Program-made: the position numbers and the translations under genes
The notes under the pieces: generated by a model
Databases searched by the model: none
What the model saw: only the letters and a program-made list of their open reading frames with translations
What the model was told of the DNA's origin: nothing
Shown here: one piece after another, positions 38,815 to 49,577 of the stretch
How the letters are laid out: every line of letters begins with the position of its first letter
How positions within the stretch are numbered: the first letter of the stretch is position 1
Origin: Acidimicrobiales bacterium
GTDB taxonomy: Bacteria; Actinomycetota; Acidimicrobiia; Acidimicrobiales; JAHWLA01
Direction of reading: 5' to 3'
Assembly (NCBI GenBank): GCA_035536915.1
Contig: DATLNE010000041.1
Coordinates: 1 to 64,000 of the forward strand
Length of the DNA: 64,000 nucleotides

Positions 38815-40025
38815 CTCTGATCCGCTGTCGCAGAAGGTCCAAATGGCAGCTGGGGCTCGCTGGTCAAGTCGGGGGTCTTTGAAGAAGGCGTGAAGAGGTC
38901 AGAGGTGTCGATGGGCTGACGGCCGTGGCGAAGTCGAGCACGAATTTCGAGCAAAGGCCCTGTGGCGACATAGAAGGTTCCCCGTTTCTTCCCTCGTTGC
39001 TCCAAAAGCCCGGCGTTCACCATCGACCGTAAGTCCGTCGTGGCTACCTGGTTGGAGATCTCTTCGCCCCAACTCTTCATAACCGCTCGGTAGCCCGAGT
39101 TGCGTATCCGCAGGCCGAGAGTCGCGTCGAACAGCCCTCCAATCGAGCGCTGGGGTAGGCCGCGGGCGCCGATCAACTCCTCCAGTTCGCCCCAGATTCG
39201 TTCAGACTCACGTACGCGACGGAGGACACTGCGGGCTTGCACGTAATGAGCCTGGAGACAGAAGCGCACCCACGGCCGGGCATCGTTCTGCGGATTCCAC
39301 CGGCCCATCCCGACCTGCGCTAACACGCCGTAGTAGGCGTCGGTATTGGCGCCGAGATACTCCTCGATGCTGCAGAACTCGGGGACGAGGATGCCTTCTC
39401 GGGCTAGTACCAGCGTTTGGAGGCAACGAGCCATTCGGCCGTTGCCGTCGCGGAACGGGTGGATCATCGCAAGGTTCAGATGCGCCATGGCGCCACGGAT
39501 GGTCGCTGGTACCTCAGCATGAATCGTCAGCTGCTTCACGAGTTCTTCCATCAAGCCCGGGACGAGGTCAGGGTCTGGGCCCTCGTACACGACGTCGCCC
39601 GACGCGTTGTTCCTGATCCAGATCGCTCCTGGTCGCCACAGTCCCGGACCTGCCGCCAGTGCGTACTCCGTCATCATGAAATGCAAGCTGCGGATGATGG
39701 CGGCGGTGTACTCGAAGTGTCGGTCCTGCGCGAGTTGGAGGACGTAGGTCATGGCGCGGCGGTAACCCATGACGGCATGCCAGTCCTCGTCGCGCGCCTC
39801 CGCGGGGTCGTCACCTTCGATGGCTGCGACGGCATCCTCAACGGAGACGTTGTAACCCTCGATGCTGTTCGAGCCTTGAATGGCACGAGCGGACAGGACA
39901 CGCCGAACAGAGCCAACCCACCGCCGGGGTTCGGCGACGTAGTAGCGCAACTCTCGACGTACTGCTTCGATACGGTCGAGCGCCGCCTGCTCCTCGGGAC
40001 CGATGGTCGGAATCTCGTAGATCAC
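38811..40025 (-). CDS. Fic family protein (Fic_N + Fic + C-terminal winged helix)
   Basis: canonical Fic motif HPFRDGNGRMAR; GC visibly lower (about 60%) than the flanks; AT-rich region immediately upstream. Confidence 0.85.
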   Translation of the reverse strand: MIYEIPTIGPEEQAALDRIEAVRRELRYYVAEPRRWVGSVRRVLSARAIQGSNSIEGYNVSVEDAVAAIEGDDPAEARDEDWHAVMGYRRAMTYVLQLAQDRHFEYTAAIIRSLHFMMTEYALAAGPGLWRPGAIWIRNNASGDVVYEGPDPDLVPGLMEELVKQLTIHAEVPATIRGAMAHLNLAMIHPFRDGNGRMARCLQTLVLAREGILVPEFCSIEEYLGANTDAYYGVLAQVGMGRWNPQNDARPWVRFCLQAHYVQARSVLRRVRESERIWGELEELIGARGLPQRSIGGLFDATLGLRIRNSGYRAVMKSWGEEISNQVATTDLRSMVNAGLLEQRGKKRGTFYVATGPLLEIRARLRHGRQPIDTSDLFTPSSKTPDLTSEPQLPFGPSATADQS

Positions 40026-40140
40026 GTGGCAACCTCCGCCCTTGCGAAATTACACTGTGTGCAACCTTTCTACGCATTGATAGTATCAGTTTAAGCAATT
40101 GATTCAAACAAAAATCACCGCGCTGCAGCCGCCAGCGTTC
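40026..40140. promoter_or_regulatory. AT-rich putative promoter region upstream of the fic operon
   Basis: sequence tacactgtgtgcaacctttctacgcattgatagtatcagtttaagcaattgattcaaacaaaaatcacc is strongly AT-rich in a 70% GC genome. Confidence 0.4.
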
Positions 40141-40167
40141 GGGCGGGCGACCTCAAGGGCGTGCGAT

Positions 40168-42453
40168 CTAGTTGAAACGGCGGCGTGCGGTCCGCAGTGC
40201 CACGCCTACCGCGACCGCCGCGCTGGTGGCGACAAGCGGGCCGAAGGTGCGGCCCAGCGGCGGGTACACCACCCAGTGCGTGAGGTAGATGGCCAGCGAC
40301 GCGCCGGCCACGGCGGCGACCGCCCGGTTGAGCGGCGCAGGCACCGGAATCGACGCCACCCAGATGAGCACCAGCAGGAAGGCAAGGACGACGACCTCGC
40401 GGCGCAGGGTGAAGAAGAACCCCGCCGTGCCCGCCACCGCCACGGCCGACAGCGCCAGCCGCTGGCGCCACGTGGTGGCGACCGCCGCCACCCACCCCAA
40501 GGCGAACAGCCAGGCCACGTAATGCGGACGGTAGATGCGCATCCCCATGTGCGGCAGCAGGCGTGCCGCCAGCGTGACGGCCAGCACCACCCACGCCACC
40601 TCGACCGGCCGGGCCCGCGCCAGGGCTCGCACCCGGGGCACGGCGAACACGGCGGCGGCGACCAGCAGGATCTGCACCAGCGCCTCGATGTACCAGAAGG
40701 CCCAATGCACCCTCGGGTTGCCGAAGTAGCCGTTGACGAGCAGCACATCGGGCAGGTCGAACTTGTCGCTGGCGCTCGCCAGGACGGCGATCCACGCCAC
40801 GCTGGGCACAACGATGCGGACGATGCTGCGCAGCATGCGGCCGGACTCGAGCTGGAAGCGGGCAAAGTTGAAGCCCGCCACCGCCAACAGGGCGTGCGCG
40901 CCCCCCTCCAGCGAGAACAGGCGGGCGTGGCTCCCCACGATGAAGACGATGGCCACGGCCCGCACCACCACGTTGGCTTCGACCCTCGGCGTGCGGCGGG
41001 GAGGGCCGGCCCGCAGCCGGTTCACAGGCGTGATGTGCCAGTGAGGCGGCAACCCGCCGAGCAGCTCCTCCAAGGCCACGCTGGCCTCGACGTACGACAG
41101 CGAGTCACCCCCCAACGACACGAAGGTGTCGTCTTCGTGCACCTCGTCGCAGCCGAGCACGGCGGCGAACAAGTCGGCCACCGTCGTCGGCCGGGCCGCG
41201 GCGACCGAGGTCGCCAGCATGGCGGCGTAGTCGGGCTTGCCGTTGGCCAGCCGGGGCACGTCGTCGACCACGTGCACGGCCGACAGCGGCAGCCCCGTGC
41301 GCTCGCACACCGCGGCGGCGTCACCCGCAAGGACCAAGCGCTCGTCGTTGCCTGCGCACACGACACCGAGCGTCCGCTCCAAGTGGTCGAGGTCGATGCG
41401 CAGCCCGAACAGCTTCACGAACCGGCCTCGTCGGCCCACGACTTGGTACAGCCCCTCAGGAGTGCGCCGGGCCAGGTCGCCGGTGTGCAACGCATCGACG
41501 GTGGCGCCCAGCGCCAAGTCAGCGGGCTGCGACGCGTAACCCATCATCACGTTGGGGCCGCGGTAGACGAGCTCGCCGTCGGCCGCGATCTCGAAGCTCC
41601 CGCCGGGGACGGGCACGCCGATGCAGTCGGGGTACGACGTCGCCAGCTCGGGCGGCAAGTAGGCCATACGCGCCGTCGCCTCCGCCTGGCCGTACATGAC
41701 GAAGAACCGCCAGCCCTTGCGCTCGCCCAAGGCGGCGAAACGCTGCACCCGTTCGGGGGCCAGTCGCCCGCCCGCTTGCGTCACCACCCGTAGGGAAGGC
41801 AGGTGCATGCCGTCGAAGCCCACCCGGTCGAGCATCTCGAACGTGTACGGCACGCCCGCCAACGAGGTCGCCTCGTGCGCACGGAAGGTGTCCCAGAAGC
41901 AGCGGTCGACCACCGACAGGCCGGTGAGCACCAGCCCGGCCCCCGCGGCAAGGTGGCTGTTGATGACCGACAGCCCGTAGCAGTAGTGCATGGGCAGCGA
42001 GGTGATCGCTCGATCGTCGGCACCCAACTCGAGGTACTCCGCGATGGCCGCGGCATTGGCGTCGAGGTTGCGGTGCGAGAGCCGCACCAGCTTGGGCGAA
42101 CCCGTCGACCCCGACGTCGACAGCAGCAGTGCCAAGTCGGGGTGCAGGTCGTGCGCAGTGCCGGAGCGACGCTCGGCGATATGGCCGCCGTCGATCACCA
42201 CGTCCGGGTCGTACTGCTCGTCGTCGCCCACCAGCACCACGTGGCCTGCCCGCAGCGCGCCCAGGTAGGCGACCAGCGAGTCAACATCGTTGCGAGCCCG
42301 CAAGAGGACCAGCCGTCGCTCGGTGCCGAGGGCGGCGCCGACGTCGTCGGCCCGTTGTGCAAGCTGGCGGTAGGTGAGCTGCCCCGCCACCGCGACCCGA
42401 TCCCCGTGCGAGTCGAGCCCGGCGGCGAACCCGGCATGTAAGGCTGACCGCAC
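40168..42453 (-). CDS. tridomain protein: AMP-dependent adenylation domain + phosphopantetheine-binding carrier + C-terminal polytopic acyltransferase-3-like membrane domain
   Basis: 761 aa; adenylation core LLSTSGSTGSPKLV; carrier Ser motif LGGDSLSYVEA; about 290 aa C-terminus with at least 8 TM and an AT3-like start (RAVAIVFIVGSH). Confidence 0.7.
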   Translation of the reverse strand: MRSALHAGFAAGLDSHGDRVAVAGQLTYRQLAQRADDVGAALGTERRLVLLRARNDVDSLVAYLGALRAGHVVLVGDDEQYDPDVVIDGGHIAERRSGTAHDLHPDLALLLSTSGSTGSPKLVRLSHRNLDANAAAIAEYLELGADDRAITSLPMHYCYGLSVINSHLAAGAGLVLTGLSVVDRCFWDTFRAHEATSLAGVPYTFEMLDRVGFDGMHLPSLRVVTQAGGRLAPERVQRFAALGERKGWRFFVMYGQAEATARMAYLPPELATSYPDCIGVPVPGGSFEIAADGELVYRGPNVMMGYASQPADLALGATVDALHTGDLARRTPEGLYQVVGRRGRFVKLFGLRIDLDHLERTLGVVCAGNDERLVLAGDAAAVCERTGLPLSAVHVVDDVPRLANGKPDYAAMLATSVAAARPTTVADLFAAVLGCDEVHEDDTFVSLGGDSLSYVEASVALEELLGGLPPHWHITPVNRLRAGPPRRTPRVEANVVVRAVAIVFIVGSHARLFSLEGGAHALLAVAGFNFARFQLESGRMLRSIVRIVVPSVAWIAVLASASDKFDLPDVLLVNGYFGNPRVHWAFWYIEALVQILLVAAAVFAVPRVRALARARPVEVAWVVLAVTLAARLLPHMGMRIYRPHYVAWLFALGWVAAVATTWRQRLALSAVAVAGTAGFFFTLRREVVVLAFLLVLIWVASIPVPAPLNRAVAAVAGASLAIYLTHWVVYPPLGRTFGPLVATSAAVAVGVALRTARRRFN

Positions 42454-42486
42454 CCTTAAAAGTTAGGCGTACCTAATACAGAGGCG

Positions 42487-43785
42487 TCAAGCCCGAACGT
42501 GGCCCTCGCCTTCGACGATGTACTTCACCGTCGTGAGCTCGCGCAGGCCCATGGGGCCGCGGGCGTGCAGCTTCTGGGTGGAGATGCCGATCTCGGCGCC
42601 GAAGCCGAACTGCTCGCCGTCGGTGAAACGGGTGGAGGCGTTGACCACCACGGCGGCGGCGTCGACCTGCTGGGTGAAGCGGGTGGCCGCAGCCATGTCG
42701 CGGGTGAGGATGGCCTCGGTGTGGCCCGACCCGAACCGGCTGATGTGCTCCATGGCGGCGTCGAGCGACGGCACCACGGCCACCGACATCTTGAGGTCGA
42801 GGAACTCGCGGCCGTAGTCATCGTCGGTGGCGGCGCCGATGCGGTCGACGAGGGCGCGGCTGGCTTTGTCGCCGACCAGCTCCACATCGGCCAACGCTTC
42901 GGCGGCCCGGGGCAGGAACTCGGCGGCCACCGACTCGTGCACGAGCAGCGACTCCGCCGCGTTACACACGGACGGCCGCTGCGTCTTGGCGTTCACCACG
43001 ATGTCGACGGCGGCATCGAGATCCGCCGTCGCATCGACATAGATGTGGCAGTTGCCGTCGCCGTCGATGACGTAGGGGACGGTGGCGTTCTCGAGGATCG
43101 ACTGGATGAGCGACGGCCCACCGCGCGGGATGAGGCAGTCGACGTAGTCGCGCAGCCGCATGAACTCGACGGCCGCTTCCCGCGAGGTGTCCTCCACCAG
43201 GATCAGCGAGTCCTCGGGCAGGCCTGCCTTGGCGAAGGCTTCACGCAAGACAGCCGCGATGGCCGTGTTGGAGCTGATGGCGGCCGACGAGCCCCGCAGG
43301 AAGGCAGCGTTGCCCGACTTGAGGCACAGGCCCGCGGCGTCGCTGGTGACGTTGGGCCGGTTCTCGTAGATGATCGCAACGACGCCGAGGGGCACGCGCA
43401 CCCGGCGGATGCGCAAGCCGTTGGGCCGCACCCAACCGTCGACCACTTCGCCCACGGGGTCGGCCAACGCTGCTACTTGGCGCAGCCCGTCGGCCATGCC
43501 TTCGACGCGTCGGGGGTCGAGGCGGAGGCGGTCGACCACCGTGGCCGTGGTGCCCGCCGCCTCGGCCCGGGCCACGTCGTCGGCGTTGGCCCGCAGGATG
43601 TCGTCGGTGCGTTCCACCAACAGGTCGGCCCCGGTGCGCAGCGCCTCGTCCTTGGCCGCCGTGGAGGTCGTCGCCAGGACGCGCGAGGCCGCTTTGGCGC
43701 GTTGTCCCAGTTCGGTCAAAGGCGTCGAGGCCACGCACGAAAGTCTACGGCAGACTGGCCCGATGACGGCCGTGCGCAAAGCCAC
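42487..43785 (-). CDS. proA: gamma-glutamyl phosphate reductase ProA
   Basis: ProA/aldehyde dehydrogenase-like motifs; start slightly uncertain. Confidence 0.85.
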   Translation of the reverse strand: MALRTAVIGPVCRRLSCVASTPLTELGQRAKAASRVLATTSTAAKDEALRTGADLLVERTDDILRANADDVARAEAAGTTATVVDRLRLDPRRVEGMADGLRQVAALADPVGEVVDGWVRPNGLRIRRVRVPLGVVAIIYENRPNVTSDAAGLCLKSGNAAFLRGSSAAISSNTAIAAVLREAFAKAGLPEDSLILVEDTSREAAVEFMRLRDYVDCLIPRGGPSLIQSILENATVPYVIDGDGNCHIYVDATADLDAAVDIVVNAKTQRPSVCNAAESLLVHESVAAEFLPRAAEALADVELVGDKASRALVDRIGAATDDDYGREFLDLKMSVAVVPSLDAAMEHISRFGSGHTEAILTRDMAAATRFTQQVDAAAVVVNASTRFTDGEQFGFGAEIGISTQKLHARGPMGLRELTTVKYIVEGEGHVRA

Positions 43786-44365
43786 CTATGCCGACGTCCC
43801 CGCCTTGAGCGCAGCGCTGGCGCGGGCCTTCGAGGACGACCCCATCTTCGAGTGGCTGCTGCCGCCGGGGCGCACCAAGCGGCGCATGGACCGGCTCACC
43901 AAGTCGATGGAGGTCGCACTCCGAGTCCTGCACCTGTCGCACGACTCGACGTGGACCACGCCCGACCTCGCAGGCGCGGCAGTGTGGGACCCGCCCGACA
44001 AGTGGAAGACAGGGCCACGCGACATGCTGCGCGGCGTGCCCGCCATGGCGTGGGTGCTGCGGGGCCGGTTGCTGCCCGGCATACGCGCCCTGTCGGCCGT
44101 GGAGCGCAAGCACCCGCCGGGCTCACACTGGTACCTCGCCATCCTGGGCACCGAGCCCGCCGCGCAGGGCAAAGGGGTGGGCACCGCCCTGCTGGAGCCG
44201 GTGCTCCGGCAGTGCGACGAGCGCGGCGAGGAGGCGTTCCTCGAGTCGTCGAAGGAGCGCAACGTGCCGTACTACGCCCGCTTCGGCTTCGAGGTGGTCG
44301 GTGAGGTGCAGTTCCCCGACGGGGGGCCGACCGTGTGGCAGATGCTGCGTCAGCCGCGGTCCTGA
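43763..44365 (+). CDS. GNAT family N-acetyltransferase
   Basis: 200 aa; motif [22 protein letters not shown]. Confidence 0.75.
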   Translation: MTAVRKATYADVPALSAALARAFEDDPIFEWLLPPGRTKRRMDRLTKSMEVALRVLHLSHDSTWTTPDLAGAAVWDPPDKWKTGPRDMLRGVPAMAWVLRGRLLPGIRALSAVERKHPPGSHWYLAILGTEPAAQGKGVGTALLEPVLRQCDERGEEAFLESSKERNVPYYARFGFEVVGEVQFPDGGPTVWQMLRQPRS

Positions 44366-45117
44366 GCCTGGCTGTCGAAGAACCGCAGCAACTCGATCGG
44401 CACCGGGAACACCAGCGTGGAGTTTCGTTCGGACGCCACTTCGACCATGGTCGACAGCACGCGGAGCTGCATGGCCGCCGGTGACGCGTGGAGGATGGCG
44501 GCGGCTTCGCCCAACGACACGGCCGCTTCCTTTTCGCCCTCGGCGTGGATGATCTTGGCTCGCCGCTCGCGCTCGGCTTCGGCCTGGCGGGCCATGGCGC
44601 GGCGCATCGACTCGGGCAGCTCCACGTCCTTGAGCTCGACCAGGGTGACCTTGATGCCCCAGGGGTCGGTGAGCTGGTCGATGATCTGCTGGAGGTCCTG
44701 GTTGATGCGGTCGCGTTCGATGAGCAGGTCGTCGAGGTCGACCTGGCCGAGCACGCTGCGCAAGGTGGTCTGGGCCACCTGCGAGGTGGCGTAGAGGTAG
44801 TCCTGCACGGCGACGATGGCCCGCACCGGGTCGACCACCTGGAAGTAGGTGACGGCGTTGACCCGCACCGTCACGTTGTCCTTGGTGATGACGTCCTGGG
44901 GCGGGATGTCGTAGGTGACCGTCTGCAGGTTCACCTTCACCATGCGGTCGATGATCGGGATGATGAAGAACAGGCCCGGGCCTTTGGCACCCATGACCCG
45001 GCCCAGCCGGAAGATCACGCCGCGCTCGTACTCGGCCACGATGCGCACGGCCGAGGCGACGATCACCACGACAAGGAACAGCAGGAACCCGAGCCCGATC
45101 AGCACGCCTTCGTTCAT
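44350..45117 (-). CDS. stomatin/SPFH (slipin) family protein
   Basis: N-terminal TM then SPFH domain ([16 protein letters not shown]); ATGA overlap with nfeD. Confidence 0.8.
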   Translation of the reverse strand: MNEGVLIGLGFLLFLVVVIVASAVRIVAEYERGVIFRLGRVMGAKGPGLFFIIPIIDRMVKVNLQTVTYDIPPQDVITKDNVTVRVNAVTYFQVVDPVRAIVAVQDYLYATSQVAQTTLRSVLGQVDLDDLLIERDRINQDLQQIIDQLTDPWGIKVTLVELKDVELPESMRRAMARQAEAERERRAKIIHAEGEKEAAVSLGEAAAILHASPAAMQLRVLSTMVEVASERNSTLVFPVPIELLRFFDSQAQDRG

Positions 45118-46418
45118 GTCTCGCTCTCCTGTTCTACGACGAGCACCAGCCCGTCGACGTCGACCACTCGCGCCGTGGCGCCTTCGTGGAGTTCGGTGGT
45201 GCTGCGAAGTTGCCACCAGGCGCCGTCCACGAAGGCCTGCCCTCGCGGCCCGACGGTCACCTGCTGGCCGAGGAAGCGCTCGGCGCCGGTCATGGTCGAC
45301 GGCGCGGTGATGGAGCGGCGGGCGAAGCGGCCCGCGACGACCACGCCGCCGCCGACGACGGCGGCCACGGGCACGAACACGGCAGCGCTCAGTTCCAAGC
45401 CGGGCGCGTCGTCGAACAAGAAGACGCCGCTGAGGGCGAGCGCGACGGAACCACCGGCGGCGGCTACGCCTATGCCCGGGGCAAACAGTTCGAGGGCGAA
45501 CAGCACGACGGCGGCCAGCAGGAGCAGCAGGCCCACGACGTTGACGGGCAGCACGGCCACGCCGAAGAAGCCCAGCAGCATGAAGATGACCCCGACGGTG
45601 CCTGCTCCCATGATCCCGGGCGAGGCCAGTTCGTACATGAGGGCGAGGGTGCCGATCGACAGGAAGAGGAAGGTGAGGTTGGGGTCGGCCAGCCGTTGCT
45701 GGATGCGGCGGAACAGGCCCATCTCGCGCTCGTCGGTCGTTGCTCCGGCGGTGCGCGCGGTCACGGTCGACTGGTCGCCCAGTTTCACCTGGCGGCCGTC
45801 GGCTTGGCGCAGCACGTCGTCAAGGGTCGCCGCCAGAAAGTCGACGGCCCGGATGCGCACGGCGTCATCGGCCGAGACCGAGCGGCCTTCCAGCACGATG
45901 TCGCGGGCGAAGCCGATATCGCGACCACGCAAGCGGGCCAGCGACTCGGTGTAGGCGGCGGCGTCGTTCACCACCTTGCGCTCGAGGTCGCCGCCTTCCA
46001 GGTCGATGGGCGTGGCGGCGCCGATGGCCGTGCCGGGCGCCACGGCGGAGACGTGGGCGGCGAGGGCGATCACCGCACCTGCCGAGGCCGCTCGCGCGCC
46101 CTGGGGGCTGACGTAGACGACCACGGGGACGCTGGCAGAAAGGATGCGCTGCACGATCTTGCGCATCGAACTGTCGAGCCCGCCCGGGGTGTCGAGGTGC
46201 ACGAGGTAGGCGGCATAGCCGCCCCGCTCGGCCCGCCCGATGCCGTCGGCGATGTGGTCGGCGATGACGGGGGTGATGGCGTCGTCGACGGTGGTGACGA
46301 GCACCTTGGGAGCGGGCTGCGCCGCGGCCGCGGGCCAGGCTCCGAGGACCAGCGTCATCATCAGCCCAGCGATCACCCGCGCCACTGCCGCGGACTGTAA
46401 CTGAGACGCATGACACAT
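45114..46418 (-). CDS. NfeD family membrane protein (ClpP-class serine protease domain + C-terminal OB-fold)
   Basis: 434 aa; ClpP-like N-terminus, central TMs; classic nfeD-stomatin operon. Confidence 0.8.
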   Translation of the reverse strand: MCHASQLQSAAVARVIAGLMMTLVLGAWPAAAAQPAPKVLVTTVDDAITPVIADHIADGIGRAERGGYAAYLVHLDTPGGLDSSMRKIVQRILSASVPVVVYVSPQGARAASAGAVIALAAHVSAVAPGTAIGAATPIDLEGGDLERKVVNDAAAYTESLARLRGRDIGFARDIVLEGRSVSADDAVRIRAVDFLAATLDDVLRQADGRQVKLGDQSTVTARTAGATTDEREMGLFRRIQQRLADPNLTFLFLSIGTLALMYELASPGIMGAGTVGVIFMLLGFFGVAVLPVNVVGLLLLLAAVVLFALELFAPGIGVAAAGGSVALALSGVFLFDDAPGLELSAAVFVPVAAVVGGGVVVAGRFARRSITAPSTMTGAERFLGQQVTVGPRGQAFVDGAWWQLRSTTELHEGATARVVDVDGLVLVVEQESET

Positions 46419-46453
46419 TCCCTTCAGGGCAGTGCGTCCGTACCATCGGCCTC

Positions 46454-47125
46454 ATGCTCGGACTTCTGCGGCGGATGGGTCGGTACAGCTCGGCAGCGTT
46501 GTCGGAAGCCTTCGACGAACGAGCCGACCCGAAGGTGCAACTGGAGCAGGCCATGGCCGAGGCACAGGCCCAACACCGGCGTTTGCGGGAGCAGGCGGCC
46601 ACGGTCGTGGCCAACCAGAAGCACACCGAGATCCGGCTCAACCGTGCCATGGAGGAGTTGGCGGAGGTGAGCGACTCGGCCCGCCACGCCCTTCGCATCG
46701 GCGACGAACGAGCCGCCTTGTCGTACGCGGCCCGCATGGTCACCATCGAGGCGGATGTCGACGGGTTGAAGGCGTTCCACCTACACGCCAGCGGCGCTGC
46801 CGAGCAGGCCAAACGAGCCGTCGACGAGAACGCTTTAGCGCTGCAGAAGACCTTGGGCGAGCGGCAGAAGCTGCTGAGCCAGCTTGACCAAGCGCGCATG
46901 CAGGAGCAGATCAACGGCGCGCTGGCGATGCTGTCGGAGTCGGTGGGCGCCGACGTGCCCACGTTGGCCGAGGTGCGCGACAAGATCGAGCGTCGCTACG
47001 CCCGGGCGCTCGGGGTGGCCGAGTTACAAGGGCGGCTGCCCGCAGCATCGACCGGGGACTTCGAGCAGTCGCAGTTGGAGCGTCGAGCCGCCGAACGACT
47101 CGACCGCCTCCGCCTCACCCCCTGA
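46454..47125 (+). CDS. pspA: PspA/IM30 (phage-shock protein A/Vipp1) family protein
   Basis: 223 aa all-helical; PspA N-terminus (FDERADPKVQLEQAMAEAQ). Confidence 0.85.
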   Translation: MLGLLRRMGRYSSAALSEAFDERADPKVQLEQAMAEAQAQHRRLREQAATVVANQKHTEIRLNRAMEELAEVSDSARHALRIGDERAALSYAARMVTIEADVDGLKAFHLHASGAAEQAKRAVDENALALQKTLGERQKLLSQLDQARMQEQINGALAMLSESVGADVPTLAEVRDKIERRYARALGVAELQGRLPAASTGDFEQSQLERRAAERLDRLRLTP

Positions 47126-47137
47126 CGCAACCGACGA

Positions 47138-48294
47138 TCACGCCGCCGACGCTGATCGCGAGTGCGCGCCACTGCACGCTGCGAGTGCGCCAGGTGGTCG
47201 GGTCGTGCGGGTGCGGCCGCGTGGATCGGTGATGACCAGGGTGCCGTCGGGCTTCAGCTTCTCCGACCAGCCCGGTTGATGGCCGAGGTGGTGGTGGCGG
47301 CTGCACTTGAGCACCAGGTTGTCGAGGCTCGTGGTACCGCCGTCGTGCCACGGCATCACGTGATGCGCCTCGCACCAGTGCGACGGCCGGTCGCAGCCCT
47401 CGAACCGGCAGTGCCGGTCGCGCAGCACCAGCGCCGACCACAATGGGGCCGGGATGGTCCGGGTGGAGGTGCCGTAGTCGAGGATCGTGCTGCGGCCATC
47501 GGTGACCACCCGGTGGATCGCCGCATCGCACGCCAGCGCCTGCACCGACGCACCGTCGAGCAGCCCGCCGCCCACGAAGCTGCCGCCCTTGCCGGCACGT
47601 AGGGCTTCGTAGTCGACCACCACGTTCAGGTGCGGGCGATGCCGTCCGCCACGACGACCGCTCTGGTGGTCGAGGAAGAACCTGCAGACATCGACCAGTG
47701 CATCGGCCCTGCGCTGCGACGGCAGCACGTCGGGGTCGTCGACCATCGCCAACCGCAACGCGGTGGCCACGGTCTCGCCGCCCAGCGGGTCGAGCGAGCC
47801 GGTCAGTTCCCATTGGCCGTCCAAGGTCTGCGACAGGTGGACGCCCCTCTCGAGCTTCGGCTCGATGTCGAGCATCGCCTTCCACTGCTGCATGGCCAAC
47901 GCGGTGTCGGCCACCGATAGGTCGACCAGCGCGGGCACGACCGCCGCTTCGTGTTCCGCGAACTCGGCGTCGCATTGCGCACGATGGCCTGCACCTGTCC
48001 GCCCGTGAGGCTTCCCGACAACCAACACGCCGCCGTCATCGGCAGGGTGCGCAGCTTCTTCGCCGTGGACGCCACCGTCTTCGCGGTGCTCGCCGTCATG
48101 CCTGCGTGGTGCCGCAGCCAGGCCGTCATCGACGTCGCCCCGTCGAGCTCCCACAGGGCCTCGGCGTCGAACTCGCCGACCGCCGCCGCCAGCTTGGCGT
48201 TGAGCAGGTCCGCCACCTTCAAGACCTCTGCCAGGGCGTCGCCGTCGAGCGGAACTTCCAGCTTTTCGACGACGTCCCGCAGTTCTCCAACCAC
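47138..48294 (-). pseudogene. DUF222 + HNH endonuclease (REP13E12-like), frameshifted
   Basis: DUF222-like N-terminus in one frame (47803-48294) and the HNH C-terminus (HWCEAHHVMPW...LVLKCSRHH) in another (47138-48154); the frame switch lies near 47960-48010. Confidence 0.6.
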
Positions 48295-48361
48295 GCTCTA
48301 ATCGTACACATGTTCGATCCGAAGATCAAGCAAAAACCCTTGTATTTAAAGGGCTTTTGGC

Positions 48362-49453
48362 TTATGGAAGCACGACGAGGTCGTCGCGGTGGACGACTTC
48401 GTGGGGCAGGTCGGGAGGCAGGTCGGCCGTGCGCCGGCCCGCCCACTCCTTGACCCGCGCCGCCGAGTGACGCACGAGGCCCTTGGCGAACACCCGGCCC
48501 GCAGCATCCGCGATCTCAACGGCGTCTTCGGCCTCGAAGCTGCCCTGCACCCCGACGACCCCAGCGGGCAACAACGACGTGCCCCGCTCCGTCAGCGCTC
48601 GCCTCGCGCCGTCGTCGACGACGACCGTGCCCGACGCGCCGACGGCGAAGGCGATCCACAGCTTCCGTGCAGGGAGGCGCCGGTCGTGCGGTCGCACCAC
48701 CGTGCCGATGCCGACATCGCCCGCCACCGCACCGGCCACCACGCCGGGACGGTCGGCAGCCGCGATCACGGCCCGCACGCCCGACCACGCGGCGATCTTG
48801 GCGGCCGCCAACTTCGACGCCATGCCGCCGCTCCCCCGCACCGAGCCCGCGCCGCCCGCCACCCGTTCGAGTTCGTGGTCGACCTCCACGATTTCCTCGA
48901 TGAGCGAGGCGTCCTCGTGGAACCGGGGATCCGCGGTCAACACGCCGGGCATGTCGGTGAGGATCACCAGCACGTCGGCCGTCACCAGATGGGCGACCAG
49001 CGCGGCCAGTCGGTCGTTGTCGCCGAAGCGGATCTCGTCGTCGGCCACCGCGTCGTTCTCGTTGACGATGGGCACGACGCCGAGCTCCAGCAGGCGGATG
49101 AGGGTCTGGCGGGCGTGCAGGTACTGCTGGCGGTGCACGAAGTCGAGCGGAGCCAGGAGAACCTGGCCCGCCACCAGGTTGTGGCGTGCGAGCACGTCGT
49201 CGTAGACGCGGATGAGCCTGCCCTGCCCGACTGCTGAGACGGCTTGGAGGGTCGGCAGGTCGGTGGGCCGGGCGCCGCCGAGGCCGAGGGGCGGCAGCCC
49301 GGCGGCGATGGCGCCCGAGGTCACGACGATGACCTTGTGACCCTGGCCCCGCAGGCCCGCCACCTCCGAGCACAGCTTCTCGATGGCGAGCAGCTCGATC
49401 TCACCGTGCTCGTCGGTGAGCGACGACGTCCCGATCTTGACGACGACCTTCAT
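48362..49453 (-). CDS. proB: glutamate 5-kinase ProB (with PUA domain)
   Basis: MKVVVKIGTSSL start; 363 aa. Confidence 0.9.
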   Translation of the reverse strand: MKVVVKIGTSSLTDEHGEIELLAIEKLCSEVAGLRGQGHKVIVVTSGAIAAGLPPLGLGGARPTDLPTLQAVSAVGQGRLIRVYDDVLARHNLVAGQVLLAPLDFVHRQQYLHARQTLIRLLELGVVPIVNENDAVADDEIRFGDNDRLAALVAHLVTADVLVILTDMPGVLTADPRFHEDASLIEEIVEVDHELERVAGGAGSVRGSGGMASKLAAAKIAAWSGVRAVIAAADRPGVVAGAVAGDVGIGTVVRPHDRRLPARKLWIAFAVGASGTVVVDDGARRALTERGTSLLPAGVVGVQGSFEAEDAVEIADAAGRVFAKGLVRHSAARVKEWAGRRTADLPPDLPHEVVHRDDLVVLP

Positions 49454-49577
49454 TACGGCAGCACCGGCCGAAGGCCGGTTCCTCTCTGCGCTCCAGCGAC
49501 GGGTGGCAGGCGCGGAGGGGTCCCCGCCCGAGGGACGAGGGCGGGGAGGTGCCGAGCCTGACGGAACCCGGAGCGCA

